Shown here: positions 1 through 10,685 of the stretch, one piece after another
Layout of the letters: each line of letters opens with the position of its first letter
How positions within the stretch are numbered: position 1 is the stretch's first letter
DNA from: Desulfotalea psychrophila LSv54
GTDB taxonomy: Bacteria > Desulfobacterota > Desulfobulbia > Desulfobulbales > Desulfocapsaceae
Reading direction: 5' to 3'
Assembly (NCBI RefSeq): GCF_000025945.1
Contig: NC_006138.1
Location: forward strand, 2,760,001 to 2,792,000
Length of the DNA: 32,000 nt
Notes under the pieces: generated by a model
Databases searched by the model: none
What the model was told of the DNA's origin: nothing
Seen by the model: only the letters and a program-made list of their open reading frames with translations
Translations under genes and position numbers: made by a program

Positions 1-1
1 T

Positions 2-268
2 ACAGACACCTTTCGCCTCTTTAACCAGGACCCTGAAAACTATAGCTGGTGGAGTTATCGATTTAGTGCCAGAAGCAAGAATATAGGCTGGCGTATCGAC
101 TATTTCTGTGTCTCTGAAAATGGCCAAAAACGAATTGTTAATGCAGAGATCCTCCCCGAGGTCATGGGCTCTGACCACTGCCCCGTCCTCCTCGATTTTA
201 AGCAGTAGGGTCATGCAGGCGGGCAAGCACCTGCTCTTTCAGCTGTGGGGGAAAGCAAGTGTCCCAAC
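2..268 (+). CDS. xthA: Exodeoxyribonuclease III, C-terminal part (5' truncated by window edge)
   Basis: Frame 2 reads [68 protein letters not shown]; [16 protein letters not shown] and GSDHCPV are ExoIII C-terminal signatures. Not in the ORF track because the start lies outside. Confidence 0.93.
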
Positions 269-704
269 AGCTGTACTATGGCCTGTTTATCGAGATAGAG
301 AGCCCCTCTGGGTAACAGAGAGAAGGTGCAGAGATAGCTGTTGGGCCCCTAAAATTGACGAGACATACTTAAAAGCGGCATAAGTGACCTTTACACTCAA
401 CAAGGGTTCCTACCGTTTCGTCTCATCTCTTAATAAAAACTCTGCGAAGAGTATCCAAACAGGATGAACTCTTTTTTCGTGCACCCGTAACACCTTTTCG
501 CTTTTTCCAAGCTATTTTAGCAATTTGCATAGGACTAATATCAACTTTCGGTAAAAAACCATCAAGAGCACATAAACCACGATAACACTCCTCAAATAGG
601 ATACATGACCAGTGGTGAAATTCTCTTTTTTGCAAAATATTGCAGCTGACATCGTCTTTACAGTATACGAGTTAAGCTGCTTATGATTTAAGGGAGAAAA
701 AAAG

Positions 705-3191
705 ATGAATAAACAAAAAGAATCCAGCACCAGGTCACAAAACAATAAAGCACCAGTAAAAAGAAAAACACACAGAAGAAAATCGCGTTCATCACGTCAC
801 AAAAGCCCATTTTTTTTATTTTTGACCCTGTTAATAGCTTTTGCAGGCATATCAACCGCTGTTTTTTTTATACGCCCTATAGATCTTTTTAGCCGATATA
901 TTGCACTCACTGACACGATAGAAATGGTTTTGACAGAAAAGTATAACATTCTGCAAACAAATGGTTTTTTAGCAAATACAGGAGATGATCTCAATGCAAA
1001 AAACTTTTTACATCGTTTACAAGAAAGGGGTTATACCAGGGTCAATCATCACCCAAAAATGGCTGGCACGTTTAACATTGAGGGAAATATTCTTTACCTC
1101 TACACCCATGCCAACCAAGGCCTAAGCTCTGGAAAACGCTATAAGTTCACTCTGCAAAAGTCCATACTTACATCTATCTCTTCAGCTGCTGACAGTACCC
1201 TTCTTGAATCCCTAGCCTTCCCCCCTTTAAATTTAACATACTTTATAGATTCGGTGTGGGAGATCAGAACCCCAGTCTCATATGATGAAATTCCAGAAGA
1301 TCTGATCAATGCAGTCATCGCCACAGAAGATCAGAGCTTCTTCTCTCACTATGGTGTGGACGTAAAAGGTATTATAAGAGCCACTCTATCAAATCTGCAA
1401 GCTGGCAGAGTTGTTCAAGGTGGGAGCACCATTACCCAGCAACTCGTCAAGGTGCTCAGTAAAAATGATGAACGAAGCCTGTCACGTAAGCTTCGTGAAG
1501 CCATTCTTGCCCTTATGGTTGATTATCAATATTCTAAACAAGAAATCCTCACTGCATATTTAAATAATGTCTATCTGGGGCATGCCTCACCATTCGAACT
1601 CCGTGGTATTGCAGCAGCTTCTGACTATATTCTTGGTAAGGATCTTAAAAATCTCAACCTCAAAGAATGTGCTATCATAGCGGGATTAATACGTTCACCA
1701 AATTCAGCATCCCCATTGCGTAACCACAGCTTTGCCGCCCAACGAACTCAGACTGTCTTAAACCAGATGGCAAATATGGGAGACAGTCTTGCTGCTGAAA
1801 CCCAAGTGAAAGACAAACTTATTCGTATTAAACATAAAAGCATTCTGCATAAAATGAGTTGGTATTTTGACCAGATTGCTAAAGAAATAAAATTACGAAA
1901 ACTTGATACCAGCGACCATACCAGACACCTTACAATCCAGACACCGCTTGATCCCTGGATGCAGATCAGTGCCACCAAAGTGCTCAAACAACAACTGAAC
2001 AAGCTCGACCCCGTTTCAGCAAACAAGCAAAAACCACTGCAGGGGGCAACAGTCATCCTGGATCCATATTCCGGCGGGGTCAAGGCACTGGTTGGCGGCC
2101 GCGATTACCTCAAAAACTCGTTTAATAGAGCTGTCGATGCACAAAGGCCGATGGGATCACTGATAAAACCATTCATCTATCTGACAGCTCTTGGGGGTAT
2201 AGATGCGGCAGGATTCATCACCCAGGCTGATACGGTAAATGATTCACCTATTACTGTTGGACAGGGAAAATCAAAGTGGAAACCGCATAACTACGATAAA
2301 AAATATTTAGGGAAAATTACAATCAGAAAGGCGTTGGCAGATTCTAGAAATATCCCCGCAGTCAAGATTGGACAGCGTATTGGCGTAGAAAAATTCCTTC
2401 CGGTTTTACGAAAGACAGGGATTACTGAAATACAGCAAGCTTATCCTTCAATTTTTCTCGGTGCTGTAGAAACAAGTCCCCTTAAAATTGCGGGCAGTTA
2501 CGCAACAATTGCAAATGGTGGAAACTTCACCAAACCACACCTTATAAATAAAATTTTCAAGGACGACACACTCATATATTTTCAGCAACCTGCTCAAGCA
2601 CTCTTTTCGCCAGCTACCTGTTATATCATGACAGATATGCTGCAAAACGCCCTCAACAATGGCACAGGAAAGAGAAGCAGAAAATATGGTTTCACCCATC
2701 TTGGAGCAGGTAAAACCGGAACGACAAATGCTGGACGAGATTCATGGTTTGCAGGTTATACCAATTCTCTGGTTACGGTCACGTGGGTAGGAAAAGATAA
2801 CAACAGCCCAACCAAATTAACTGGTTCTTCTGGTGCCCTTAAAATCTGGTCTTCCACAATGCAGGATATCCTTGGTCAAGGAAGAGATAAGGATTTTACG
2901 ACACCTACAGGCATTGAAACAGCCGAGATTAATTCAGCCACCGGGCAAAAAGCTAGCCTCTTTGACACCAACGTGGAATCAATGGCATTCATCCTTGGCA
3001 CTGCCCCTACCGCAATAGACAATAATGAATATATCCGCCAACAGTTCGTGGCCATTAAAAAGACCCTTCATCTAGAAAACTTAAAGAAAACACACAAAAC
3101 CCTGCTTAAAGGTGGGAGTGAAAATATTTCTGATTACACATCCTGGATGTCAGAGCAGTATGAAAAAACGAAAAATTGGCTCACCCAATGA
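705..3191 (+). CDS. mrcB: Penicillin-binding protein 1B-like bifunctional transglycosylase/transpeptidase
   Basis: N-terminal basic region + TM, glycosyltransferase-51 motifs (ATEDQSFFSHYGVD, QGGSTITQQLVK, ILTAYLNNVYLG), transpeptidase motifs (GSLIKPFIYL, SRN, KTGTTN). Confidence 0.93.
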   Translation: MNKQKESSTRSQNNKAPVKRKTHRRKSRSSRHKSPFFLFLTLLIAFAGISTAVFFIRPIDLFSRYIALTDTIEMVLTEKYNILQTNGFLANTGDDLNAKNFLHRLQERGYTRVNHHPKMAGTFNIEGNILYLYTHANQGLSSGKRYKFTLQKSILTSISSAADSTLLESLAFPPLNLTYFIDSVWEIRTPVSYDEIPEDLINAVIATEDQSFFSHYGVDVKGIIRATLSNLQAGRVVQGGSTITQQLVKVLSKNDERSLSRKLREAILALMVDYQYSKQEILTAYLNNVYLGHASPFELRGIAAASDYILGKDLKNLNLKECAIIAGLIRSPNSASPLRNHSFAAQRTQTVLNQMANMGDSLAAETQVKDKLIRIKHKSILHKMSWYFDQIAKEIKLRKLDTSDHTRHLTIQTPLDPWMQISATKVLKQQLNKLDPVSANKQKPLQGATVILDPYSGGVKALVGGRDYLKNSFNRAVDAQRPMGSLIKPFIYLTALGGIDAAGFITQADTVNDSPITVGQGKSKWKPHNYDKKYLGKITIRKALADSRNIPAVKIGQRIGVEKFLPVLRKTGITEIQQAYPSIFLGAVETSPLKIAGSYATIANGGNFTKPHLINKIFKDDTLIYFQQPAQALFSPATCYIMTDMLQNALNNGTGKRSRKYGFTHLGAGKTGTTNAGRDSWFAGYTNSLVTVTWVGKDNNSPTKLTGSSGALKIWSSTMQDILGQGRDKDFTTPTGIETAEINSATGQKASLFDTNVESMAFILGTAPTAIDNNEYIRQQFVAIKKTLHLENLKKTHKTLLKGGSENISDYTSWMSEQYEKTKNWLTQ

Positions 3192-3284
3192 AGCTCTTTT
3201 ACCAGCAGAATATGTGGTTTGGACTTAAGAAGATGAAGCGCGCCCCTGGTTTTGTAGACATTCCTGAGTCATAAGAGACGACTG

Positions 3285-3305
3285 ACAACTTTCGCAAAAA
3301 GTTGT
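3285..3305. terminator. Possible bidirectional terminator/hairpin between convergent genes
   Basis: ACAACTTT-cgcaa-AAAGTTGT, 8-bp perfect stem and 5-nt loop between the stops of mrcB-like (+) and PP2C (-). Confidence 0.35.
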
Positions 3306-3429
3306 TTCATCAGCATTTGCATAGCCGTAGCTTATACATATTTTGCACATATTTCTTACTCTTTGAATCTCTTTTTAAATTTTTACTGTTTTTCAAATAT
3401 CCTACGAATAGTACCTAATAGGCAAAAAG

Positions 3430-4317
3430 CTATTTACAGCCAAAGATTGACAGAAAAACAGAACGGAGATTATGGCAAGGCTGAACCAACACCGCACTTA
3501 CATTATCTTTTCCACCAGCATCAAGCGCCTTTCCAATAAGCTTTTGCACCACTTTTTTGCCAGTTTTCGCTAAATTTAAAACAGCAGTGATTTCATCTGC
3601 ACAAATCATTCCATACAGGCCATCACTACAGAGCAGAAATTGATCTCCTTGCTGAAGTTCATAAACATCAACAACTGTTCTTTTAAGACTATCTCGCTTA
3701 CCGCCAATTGCCTGACTGAGCACATGCCTCAGATGATGACGGACAGCCTCTTCAGCAGTCAATCGACCCATATTCACATAGCGTTGAACTTCAGTTTGAT
3801 CTTCAGTGAGTTGCTCAAGAATTTTGTTTCTTACTCTGTAAATACGGCTATCACCTACCTGAACCGTGTACGCTCTGTTCTTTCGTATAAGCAGAAGGGA
3901 GAGCGTTGAACCCATTCCAAATAAATGAGGTTTTTCTTTGCCCAGAGATAATATCTTTTTGTTTATTTTATAGACGATTTTCTCCAGCAAAAAGCAAATA
4001 TCTTTTTCCTCTACCGTCTCTTGGGCTTCAATATCTTTAATATGTTGAAAATATTGTTTTTCCACTTCAAAACAAATTATCCTACTTGCTGTTTCACCAG
4101 CAGCATAGCCACCCATTCCATCTGCTACCGCATATAATGTGCCCTGTTCAGGATCTTTATCAGCTATAACAAAACAATCTTCATTATTATCTCTGCTCAA
4201 TCCCTTATCTGTTAATGCATATGCTTTAAAATCCATAATAAACAATTTGTTATGGTAATAATTGCTAAATATATGCTTCCCCAAAACCCGCAACTTCTGC
4301 CTGGTCAAGGTGGGCAC
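3430..4317 (-). CDS. PP2C-family Ser/Thr protein phosphatase (PstP-like)
   Basis: DNEDCFVI, AVADGMGGYAAGETAS, QVGDSRIYR, LCSDGLYGM, GGKDNVSAVLV motifs of PPM/PP2C phosphatases. Confidence 0.93.
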   Translation of the reverse strand: MPTLTRQKLRVLGKHIFSNYYHNKLFIMDFKAYALTDKGLSRDNNEDCFVIADKDPEQGTLYAVADGMGGYAAGETASRIICFEVEKQYFQHIKDIEAQETVEEKDICFLLEKIVYKINKKILSLGKEKPHLFGMGSTLSLLLIRKNRAYTVQVGDSRIYRVRNKILEQLTEDQTEVQRYVNMGRLTAEEAVRHHLRHVLSQAIGGKRDSLKRTVVDVYELQQGDQFLLCSDGLYGMICADEITAVLNLAKTGKKVVQKLIGKALDAGGKDNVSAVLVQPCHNLRSVFLSIFGCK

Positions 4318-4517
4318 GGATATAATCCATTAATCTTTCACGAGAATATGGTGAGTGGTGGCCTTACCTCCACCAGCGAATGCCTCAAGCCAGCTCAATA
4401 TTAGTCAGCAAAATATTCCTCCAACCACCATATAATCAGGAAATGGGATTGAGCTTACGACGGAGGCACAGCTACCACAGTTTTTTTTGCAAAACATTTA
4501 TATCAAGAGGACAAGAC

Positions 4518-5660
4518 TTACACTTCATGACCGAGCTCCTTATCTATTTTCACTAAGCCCCCCCTCACCTCAGCCATGGATCTTGGTCGATTTACGGGCT
4601 CTACATCGAGACATTTTTGTAACAGAACGTCCAATGCAGGCGGTACATGCTGGTTAAGATCGGCGAGAGCAGGATAGACACCTTGCGGAAAGTATTTCTT
4701 TGAAATCAGGCGATAGATGACCACGGCCAGAGAATATATATCTGTCCTGAAATCTACCAGGCTTGGATTGTTTCTTTGCTCTGGTGAAGAATAAAATTCA
4801 GTCGCCAACACACTGCCAACTCTGGTCAATTCATCTCTACCATCTGATTTACAAATTCCGAAATCACAAAGTTTTATTGAAATAAGGTTCTGTTCTGGTT
4901 CATATTTGTTCAACAAGAGGTTCGATAATTTCACATCGCGATGAATAACGCCCTGTTGATGGATTACCTCAAGTGCCTCAGCTGCCTGCATAGCCGTTTG
5001 CATGGCAAATTTAAGAGAAAAGTCACTCTCCTTAAACACCGTATTAACCCCCCCGAGCTCATGAAAATCCATGACAAGATATCCACCACCCATATGAAGA
5101 CCAGATTCATAAACCTTAATAATATGGGGATGACTAAATTTTTTTGTGGTTTCACACTCTCTTCTAAATCTCTCACATACAGTTTCAGATGAAAAAAACT
5201 CTTTTCGCAAAAATTTTATAGCCACGTCCCGAGAATCTTTTTTCCTCACAGCTCTAAAGACAACACTCATCCCTCCTTGACCGATCTGCTCACAGACCTC
5301 ATATTTACTGCTAAATTGCAATTCGCCCTGATCGCTATCATAACTCCTCTCCAGCGACTTAAGATCATTCCACAAAGCCTGCAGTTGAGCATCACCAACG
5401 GGGGGCATAGTCATTCTTAACAGATCAGCGCCAAGAAGCCTCTTGCCTCGTAATCTATTTTGTAATCGTTTAATTTCTGATGAAAAAAACGGGTTGGACG
5501 TATTGTTATAAATAGAGCTAAGTTCGCCAAGGAGATGGTTTGCATCTATCCGATTCGATCGAGCATCATCATGCAGAGATGAAAATATTTCAGTGGCCTT
5601 AGCTCGATCATTCGCTGCCACAGCAAGTTGTAACAGCGAAATCTTTTCGGTTATATTCAT
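4518..5660 (-). CDS. Serine/threonine protein kinase, Hanks type, with N-terminal helical extension and no PASTA or TM segment
   Basis: Glycine loop GQGGMSVV, VAIKFL, HRDVKLSNLL, CDFGICK, SSPEQ, DIYSLAVVIY. Confidence 0.94.
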   Translation of the reverse strand: MNITEKISLLQLAVAANDRAKATEIFSSLHDDARSNRIDANHLLGELSSIYNNTSNPFFSSEIKRLQNRLRGKRLLGADLLRMTMPPVGDAQLQALWNDLKSLERSYDSDQGELQFSSKYEVCEQIGQGGMSVVFRAVRKKDSRDVAIKFLRKEFFSSETVCERFRRECETTKKFSHPHIIKVYESGLHMGGGYLVMDFHELGGVNTVFKESDFSLKFAMQTAMQAAEALEVIHQQGVIHRDVKLSNLLLNKYEPEQNLISIKLCDFGICKSDGRDELTRVGSVLATEFYSSPEQRNNPSLVDFRTDIYSLAVVIYRLISKKYFPQGVYPALADLNQHVPPALDVLLQKCLDVEPVNRPRSMAEVRGGLVKIDKELGHEV

Positions 5661-5772
5661 AAGAGGGCTTTAAGAGAAAAAAATTAGGTTTTGCCAACAC
5701 AGACATCTTTTTTCAACAATTTGGACAAATTTTTTCTGCTGTATCAAATTCCTGCTTGCAGGTAGAACAGAG

Positions 5773-8037
5773 CTACACCTTCTCCCCACCACCCGGATTT
5801 ATTGCAACTCCAGCTGACGAGCCGGTCTGACTTGATGCGACATTTCCCATCTGCTGCACGGACCTATCAGCCATTCGTTCAACTCGATCAGCGACATGTC
5901 TTTCTGCTTGAGCAAGACCCTGTTGTTGGCCACCTACGCTTTCCATCCCCTGATTGAACATTCTTTCATTCCGATTAGCGGCATCTTTATGCACTGAGGA
6001 AAGTTGCTCCGTAGAACTCTTCATCTGAAAAATCATCCGTTCGTACAGATCTTTCACCTCGCCGCTCTGTGAATTCTTTGCTTTTTCTTCAAGGGCACGA
6101 CCAAGGGCGGCGGGATCGTTCATGGCAAGAATTTCTTCTGCGCTCATCCCTTTGAGTATTTCTGTTTGAGCAAGATCGCCTAAAATCCCGGCCTGACCAT
6201 CACCGGACACAGAAATGAGTTGAGCAGTAGACATGGTGGCAATATCAGCACGTTTTTCCCTATCAATCTGGCTAGAAAAACGCTTCTCTTCAAGGCGCAT
6301 TTTATGGTTCTCCACCTCTTCTTTCATACGCATTTCATATTTACCAAGTGCAAGTTCCTGCTCATGAAGATCATTCTCAAATTTATCGGCCCTCTTGATG
6401 GCCTTCATCTTTTCAAGATTTGATAAGCCTAGCTGTGATTTAAGACGTTTTTCCTCAAGTTCAAGTGTAGCAAACCCATGGCGAGCTTTTGCCTTATCGT
6501 GCACATTTTCTATGGTTAAATCGAGCTCGGCCTTCTTCATCTCAAGATCTTTAAGATGTTTCTGGACTTCTATCTCTTTTTCACCAAGTTCTTTCACCTC
6601 TTTTTTTGCAAGCTCAGCCTTTTCTCGCAACAATTCTACTTCAGCCTCTTGCTGAGATGTTTTGAGCCGTGAATTTTGTTTCACTTCAACGGCTACAAGT
6701 TCCTGCTTTATCTGTTCCACTTGTAATGAACCATCATTAATAATGGCAAGTTTATCCAGATCAAACTGCTGTTGTTCCTCAACTTTCCGAACAAGAAAGC
6801 TTCGATCCCGACCCTTATCCTCATCCTGCCAGCGCAGCTCATCAGCAAATATTTTTTTCTCTGCTGCATCAAGTACCTGATCACGATCAATCTCCAGCAT
6901 AAACTTACGTACTTCTTCATCAGTCTTAACCTGAGAGATATCTGCCTCTTTTATTTTCTGGTAGACCTCAAGCCTTTTCTCAATGATCTCGACACTCTTT
7001 TTCTTGAAATCAACATCCTGATGTTCTTTTTTCAACTCGAAATCATTATCCAGACCACGATCCTGCAATGAAACCGATTGAGTATCGACCTTTATACCCA
7101 TATCACTTTTAGCACCTACAATATCACCACGCTTGATTTCACGATGTAACTCTTCATTCTCCTGGTTTTGTTTAGCTACATGAAAGGCATCCTGCGCCTC
7201 TGCCTGCACTGCTCTTGTGCTTGTTTTACGCTCAGAATGAGCCTTTGCGCTGGTATCGAGTGTGCTATTGCCAATCTGTAAAGACCTCACCTGACCAAAG
7301 CCAAAACCACTTCTGGTAAAACTTTTTCTAAAATGTGATTCAATTCGAACGGCAAGCTCATTCTTAACCTTCAAATTTGTATCCAACTCATCAAATGAAT
7401 AGGCAACAAGCCCCTCCTGAATTGCATTACGAATCTCGCCAAGAAGCATGGCACGAAGTTCATGGTTTTTTAAAACACCCTGCTCCTTCATCACATTAAC
7501 AAAAAAGGCATTCGCATCTTCCAGTCTGATGACAATTTCTGTGCTGATACTGACAAAAATATTATCATTCGTTTTCATGTCGTCGATTTTAAACGGCAGA
7601 ACAATGTCACCCGCATCGACGAGGAGTGCAGAAAGATTTTTCTGCTTCTTGAAAAGCTTGTTCAAAAAGCCACCTTCCTGAATCGTATAGCGACCCGATT
7701 CTGCAGTTTCAACCAATCTACCATCTTCAAAAAAAAGGGCTTTTGTTCCGTGTCGTACCTCAAAACCCTTACTGCCACTTACAAGATGTGTTGCCGAAAC
7801 TTTGGCCGCAAAATCATCATCACCACGAATCCAAGCGACAACATCACTCTCAACCGTGGCACTGGTTCGCATATCATATCCACATTGACCACAAAAATTA
7901 CCGGAAGGCACATCTGCACCACACTTTGGGCAGGCATAATTAACACCAGTTGATTTGCCACAATAACCACAAAAGATGGCACCTGGTTTAATGTTCTGCC
8001 CACAGTGAAAACATAAACTTTGATTGATATTGCTCAT
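5773..8037 (-). CDS. Double zinc-ribbon N-terminus, SPFH/band-7-like middle region and long coiled-coil
   Basis: CFHCGQNIKPGAIFCGYCG, CPKCGADVPSGNFCGQCG; ALFFEDGRLVE..GRYTIQEGG...NIFVSISTEIVIRLED...REL-type SPFH-like segment; about 300 aa charged E/K/Q-rich coiled-coil. Confidence 0.8.
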   Translation of the reverse strand: MSNINQSLCFHCGQNIKPGAIFCGYCGKSTGVNYACPKCGADVPSGNFCGQCGYDMRTSATVESDVVAWIRGDDDFAAKVSATHLVSGSKGFEVRHGTKALFFEDGRLVETAESGRYTIQEGGFLNKLFKKQKNLSALLVDAGDIVLPFKIDDMKTNDNIFVSISTEIVIRLEDANAFFVNVMKEQGVLKNHELRAMLLGEIRNAIQEGLVAYSFDELDTNLKVKNELAVRIESHFRKSFTRSGFGFGQVRSLQIGNSTLDTSAKAHSERKTSTRAVQAEAQDAFHVAKQNQENEELHREIKRGDIVGAKSDMGIKVDTQSVSLQDRGLDNDFELKKEHQDVDFKKKSVEIIEKRLEVYQKIKEADISQVKTDEEVRKFMLEIDRDQVLDAAEKKIFADELRWQDEDKGRDRSFLVRKVEEQQQFDLDKLAIINDGSLQVEQIKQELVAVEVKQNSRLKTSQQEAEVELLREKAELAKKEVKELGEKEIEVQKHLKDLEMKKAELDLTIENVHDKAKARHGFATLELEEKRLKSQLGLSNLEKMKAIKRADKFENDLHEQELALGKYEMRMKEEVENHKMRLEEKRFSSQIDREKRADIATMSTAQLISVSGDGQAGILGDLAQTEILKGMSAEEILAMNDPAALGRALEEKAKNSQSGEVKDLYERMIFQMKSSTEQLSSVHKDAANRNERMFNQGMESVGGQQQGLAQAERHVADRVERMADRSVQQMGNVASSQTGSSAGVAINPGGGEKV

Positions 8038-8079
8038 ATTTTTTATATCTCCAGTTCTGGTTACAAAGATACTGCCTAA

Positions 8080-9031
8080 TTATGCCCGGCCAGCAACATT
8101 GTTATATGATTTATTTCGACAATTTTTCAATTCATTGGCAACTTCATTAAGACTTACCTCTGCCGAGGAATCGTTTCCTCTATTAACGTTTTTCAAAAGC
8201 TTTTCGCTCTGAACTTGCAGGTTACGCACAAGTCCCTGCATAAATTTATTATGTTTTTCAATTTTTCTTTTATCCTGTGAAGCAACTCCATCTTTGTGTA
8301 AACCTGGGTGTTGCTCGATGGAAAACAGTAGACTTTCAAGTTCCTCCTGTTGGTCCTTCACTTTTACAGCAAAGCTGATCTTCTTATTTTCGACCAAGAC
8401 GTCATGCACTCTTTTAAGATTATCTCTGGTTTTTTTAAGCTCCATGGCGATGGAAAGCTGAGCTGTACCATTATGCTCAACTGCCTTTGAAACCATGCGT
8501 CGTTGTTTTGCCCTGTTCATCGTAAAAAATAATATGACAAGTAAAAGAACACCAAACAAAACAGCAAGATACTTTATAACAGGCAACAAATAATACGCAT
8601 TAAAACTTCTTGAAAATGCCACCTGTTCTGTAGCCGTGTTTTCCATTGCAAGAAAGACTTCTGCATATGCAAAAACCGGGTAGTCAACAATCTTTATAAC
8701 TTTACCATCTACTATCCAGCCACCTTCTCTACCTGCGCTGTCTCAGGCTGGATGTGTTCGGCAACAGTGTAATTAGTGGGCAAGGCAATAGATGTGCTAA
8801 GCATACTTATGAAGTCACCCTGGTCATCGACAATAGAATCACCCACAATATCTGGTAAACAGGGTCATCAGGCATCTCCATCACTACCTGTCTGGCAATA
8901 TCTGCATACACTATCTGAATAGGATCACTTCCCGGTTGCGGAAACGAGCCTGAGCTGTCTCCATAAACCAGAGAGACAGACAAGGACATGATGGCGATAC
9001 ATAACAAAATCTGCTGATAGAGTAATCTCAT
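8080..9031 (-). CDS. Reconstructed secreted/membrane-anchored coiled-coil protein, split by two apparent -1 frameshifts (track ORFs 8807..9031 and 8080..8646 are its fragments)
   Basis: Signal peptide MRLLYQQILLCIAIMSLSVSLVYG in the first frame; second frame DIVGDSIVDDQGDFISMLSTSIALPTNYTVAEHIQPE; third frame DSAGREGGWIVDGKVIKIVDYPVFAYAEVFLAMENTATEQ... leading into TM LLPVIKYLAVLFGVLLLVILFF. The third frame is open upstream of ATG 8646 back to about 8742. Confidence 0.6.
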
Positions 9032-9206
9032 GAAATCTCCCCAGATAAAGAATTTTTTAATATGTTTTTCATTAAATTAAAGTGGTTAAGCTAAAACAGC
9101 CTGCTGTACAGCTTCAAGCTGTATACTAGACGAGCTTACAATATCTTTTCTGCATTTTTTATTTTAAACCTGCAAACCTTGCCTCCACCCCACCGTCTCA
9201 CCGGCC

Positions 9207-10685
9207 CTAAACTGAGAGAACAAGACGAAAGCCCACACGGCTGTTGCGGGCATCAGAAGCGATCCCAAAACGGAACGCAGAACGCAAAGCCCACGAACCG
9301 GCGCCGTCCCAATTACAACCACGAAGGACGCGATTAGATCCTAATGAAGGCCCCCTGGGGTTATTGCCAGGACTACTCTGATAATAGTATTTATCAAACC
9401 AGTCCTGGCACCACTCCCATACATTTCCAGACATATCATACAGACCTAAACCATTTGCCTGTTTCTTACCAACCGGATGGGTTGAACAGTTACTATTTCC
9501 ACCATACCAAGCAACCGCCTCAATATCATTACCCCCCGCATACAGCTCTCTCTTACCGCCACTGCGGGCTGCATATTCCCACTCTGCCTCGGTGGGCAGT
9601 CTGAATCTCATTCCACTTTGTTTATAAAGCTGTTCTATAAACGCCTGGGCATCATGCCAAGAAACAGTCTCCACTGGATAGGTGTCAGCTTTCTTAAAAC
9701 GTGAAGGATTGATCCCCATCACCTCTTCATACTGGGACTGAATAACAGGGTATTTACCTAGCCAAAAGCCATCCAGTTCCACCTCATGTACCGGTTTTTC
9801 GCAGTCAGCCCCTTGATCAAACTGATCTCCCATCTCAAAGCTACCAGCCGGTACCCAGATCATCTCGATATTGGTCATTGATTCTGTGTAATTGCGACCT
9901 GGAAGTGGCCATTTTCTGCTGGTTTCCAAAAGAGCTTGCAACTCATGCACAGTTCCCAAATCAAAGAGGTTACTACCTCCTGCCACTAATCTCTGCAGTT
10001 CTGCTATGACCTTTTCTGCACCTTCAATATCCAGAGCTTTAAGAGCCAGACGGCACTGTTTTTCATTTTTTTCCCAGCTATCCTGCAAAGCCAGTTTTTC
10101 TTTCTTCTCAGCCACGCACCTCACGCAGATAAACTCTGTCGGATCCTGATGCTCATGGCAGAGATGGTCACGACCGCAATTCGTGCATTTGAAGGTCTGG
10201 GCCAACTGGTTACGTTTACCGCAGAGTTCACATAAGACTGTGGATTCGGGCACTGGTTCGGGATGAGTTTTCGCCTGCTCCTGCTCCATCTTCTTGACAC
10301 AGAGCAGACAGACAAAATGTTCCCGATCAAGATGCTCCAGGCAGTAATGGTCTACCCCACATTCACGGCATTTGAAGGTGTCTTTTTCTTCGTTCAGTCG
10401 GCCACAGAGAGGGCATCTCTGCATGGATGCGCTGACAGGGGTCTGTTGTTGGCCACTAAGATTGACATTGATGGCACTGACCGATGCCTGACTAGAACCA
10501 CCATTATTGTTAATCTTGGTGGTACTCAATATATTTCCATCCAGATAGCCAATATCACCCATGCCAAGACCAGAGGATATATCTTGCTCGTTCAGCTCTT
10601 CGCCCACAGAACCACATACACCACAGAATTGTTGACCCTCTGCTATTATTTGACCACACTGTTTATTTGAACATCGCAAGGCCAC
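9207..10685 (-). CDS. Zinc-ribbon + two tandem B-box/zinc-finger-like modules + C-terminal formylglycine-generating-enzyme (SUMF1)-like domain
   Basis: CSNKQCGQIIAEGQQFCGVCG; repeats CPLCGRLNEEKDTFKCRECGVDHYCLEHLDREHFVCLLC and CELCGKRNQLAQTFKCTNCGRDHLCHEHQDPTEFICVRC; FGE-like WVPAGSFEMGDQF, PVETVSWHDAQAF, FRLPTEAEWEYAARSG, GLYDMSGNVWEWCQDW, RVLRGCNW, GFRLVLS. Confidence 0.9.
   Translation of the reverse strand: MALRCSNKQCGQIIAEGQQFCGVCGSVGEELNEQDISSGLGMGDIGYLDGNILSTTKINNNGGSSQASVSAINVNLSGQQQTPVSASMQRCPLCGRLNEEKDTFKCRECGVDHYCLEHLDREHFVCLLCVKKMEQEQAKTHPEPVPESTVLCELCGKRNQLAQTFKCTNCGRDHLCHEHQDPTEFICVRCVAEKKEKLALQDSWEKNEKQCRLALKALDIEGAEKVIAELQRLVAGGSNLFDLGTVHELQALLETSRKWPLPGRNYTESMTNIEMIWVPAGSFEMGDQFDQGADCEKPVHEVELDGFWLGKYPVIQSQYEEVMGINPSRFKKADTYPVETVSWHDAQAFIEQLYKQSGMRFRLPTEAEWEYAARSGGKRELYAGGNDIEAVAWYGGNSNCSTHPVGKKQANGLGLYDMSGNVWEWCQDWFDKYYYQSSPGNNPRGPSLGSNRVLRGCNWDGAGSWALRSAFRFGIASDARNSRVGFRLVLSV

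Noticed and set aside
8807-9031. Track ORF 8807..9031 as a complete small secreted protein
   Set aside because: The continuation in the -1 frame is coherent and connects with the next ORF; better explained as a frameshift fragment.
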